Below are positions 61,956 through 64,000 of a stretch of DNA of 64,000 nucleotides, one piece after another; within the stretch, counting starts at the first letter, position 1; each line of letters begins with the position of its first letter. Source of the stretch: the human T2T-CHM13v2.0 reference genome, Homo sapiens; assembly GCF_009914755.1 (NCBI RefSeq), contig NC_060939.1. One strand, given 5' to 3'. The notes under the pieces were generated by a model. It did not search any database, was not told the DNA's origin, and saw only the letters and a list, made by a program, of their open reading frames with translations. Made by a program: the position numbers and the translations under genes.

Positions 61956-64000
61956 TTTAGAGTAAACATCAGATGAAAATACTTTTGGGGAGCAATAAGA
62001 ATGTAATCAACTCCTGTTGGTTTTATTCAAGTTGGAATGCTAATTTTGAAATAGTCTCATTAAGTTTTATATTATTATGTCAGCTGACCTTTTAAAAGTA
62101 TTTACACATATAGTTAGTACACTCAGAAGAAAGTATACCTACTTAACAGTAATATAGTAAAACTCCTTTAAAAAAAGCTTTTTCCCTATTTTGTAAAATT
62201 CCAATTATGTTTTCAAAAGAATTTATATATGAAGAAAAAGCACCTAAGCATATATGATGATATTTAACATATTGTGGTGATAATAAGAGGCTCTTTGCCT
62301 AATAGATTTACCAAGCACAATATCTTAGTTTAAAATGGCTTTACGGTAGTTCTTTTTGTTTATGTGGTCACATATATCAGCTGCCAAAGAATTGTGTTTT
62401 CTGACATAGAAAATATCTAAGATTCACATGGTTTAAAGAGAAAGGGGGATTTAGACCCTTGTCCTCTGTGCTTCTCTTTCATTAAAAAAGAAAGGAAAGA
62501 CGGAAGTAAGGAAGGACATAATTTATGGCTTTATGTTTAAGATTTAACTACTGTTTAATGATGATTATATCAGACTTTCTCAAACTTTGAATCTGATTTC
62601 TTAAATTCATACCTCTTTCCTAGATGCATTTCTTTTAAATATCTATATTATTATTTTGTACTATAGCCGTGAAATCACTATCATTGTCAGTGTGTATAAT
62701 ACTTTTGTAAAGGATTAACAGATTAAAGGAGAATTTGAGTAGCTTTGACCTACAAATTTATAAACTGCAAAGACTTTTCTCCATATGTGACTAGCAGCAT
62801 TTTTACTTCACCATGATTTAATAAAGTTTATATAAATCAATAATGCTGTTTTTGTAACTTGTATTTTTTTTTAAATCTGGAATTCTCTCTGTTCTTTGTA
62901 GAAACTCAACTAGATTATGAAAAAGTTAGTTCTGTTAAATAGCAAAATTGCATGTTGACTCCTTGCAAGATTGAGAGAGTCAAGTGAGGAGGTTTCCGCG
63001 TTAGCTGGAATTGTCTATAAAGAATAAAAATTTTGGCTTCTGTGTGTAGTCAGAGTGTGACCACCATCCATCACCTCAATAGCAGACATCAGATTTGTTC
63101 ATCACTTGGTTTCCAAGGTCTAATAATCCCTCAAGAATTTAGAGTGTTGTTGACTGTCCCCATTTACATCAGTGAAGGCTTTGCAACAGGTGCAGCTGTG
63201 TATACTAATTGCAGGGTGTGCCTAATCTGTCCAGAAGGGAGAGTACCTCCAAATTTGGTATCTTAAAGAGTGGAGTGACCTTTTAAAGTCCCAGAATGAG
63301 AATTGCCAACAATTCCAACAGGCTAATTATACCCACAAGGAGTTGTGAAGTGCTTTTAAGTTTTCCTGTACACCTAAAAGTTCAGTGAACGGCTTGAAGT
63401 CATTAACATATGACAGATGCACTCCCTTTTCAAGAGCTTGTATGATAAGTTTTGATTGTAGAAGTGGGAATTTGACCTCTAGCTTATCACTTGCTTCATT
63501 AGCGTGCTTGAGGACAAGGAGTTTTTTTTTTGTTTTTTGTTTTGACGTGAGTGTTATCTTACTCATGTTCCAGAATTCTATCTGCCTCCTTCTCTCTGCT
63601 GATCTGAAGTCACAGTAGATAACCTTGATGCTGGTTTTTTAAAAGCATCACGCATTGTGTAGTGTTACATATATTTTATATATAAATATATACACTATGA
63701 ATATGTTTCTGAGCATGGGTCTTTCAAAGTTTTGATTCATTATTTTAGATATACTGCCTCCCATGTGATTTCTGTTCTTTTTCATGGAAAAGGAAGAAAT
63801 ACACTTTTTGGCTCATAAAGATGACTGAAAGTCCGACTTCTACATTTCCACAAACTGACCACTTCTTGAAGTGAATGAGAATAAGGGAATGAAGTTTGGG
63901 ACTCTGCACACACATGGAGGAAAGTATGCTACCCAAAGAATGAACGAATGCTAGAGGTGTACCCATAAAGAGATGCGGAAATGAAGCTTAGAAGGATTTC

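Overview
Primate, almost certainly human, genomic DNA from chromosome 15q14. It contains about 37 kb of upstream intergenic sequence, then the CpG-island promoter and coding exon 1 of CDIN1 (C15orf41; ATG 37382, donor 37483), then about 26.5 kb of intron 1; exon 2 is not in the window. The upstream part is repeat-rich: many Alus, a fragmented old L1, a full-length THE1D MaLR element, nested LTRs, MIR/L2 and hAT MITEs. It also carries a 7SL-derived pseudogene and a processed COX6C retrocopy whose 75-codon ORF is still open. Intron 1 holds Charlie1, a complete MER6 and several Alus, then a long repeat-poor stretch (about 52-64 kb) with motif clusters that look like enhancers. Nearly all ORFs in the supplied track are repeat-derived or chance frames. 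I found no CRISPR array, no prokaryote-type system and nothing I can honestly call a new biological system. The best leads are a candidate poison/alternative exon at 52332-52417, the ancestral-type COX6C retro-ORF, three locally templated insertions, two Alus inserted in opposite orientation at one target site, a THE1D LTR retaining DUX4, TATA-like and donor motifs, and putative MEIS2-domain enhancers. Repeat subfamily names and gene identities come from recalled consensus sequences, not from a search.
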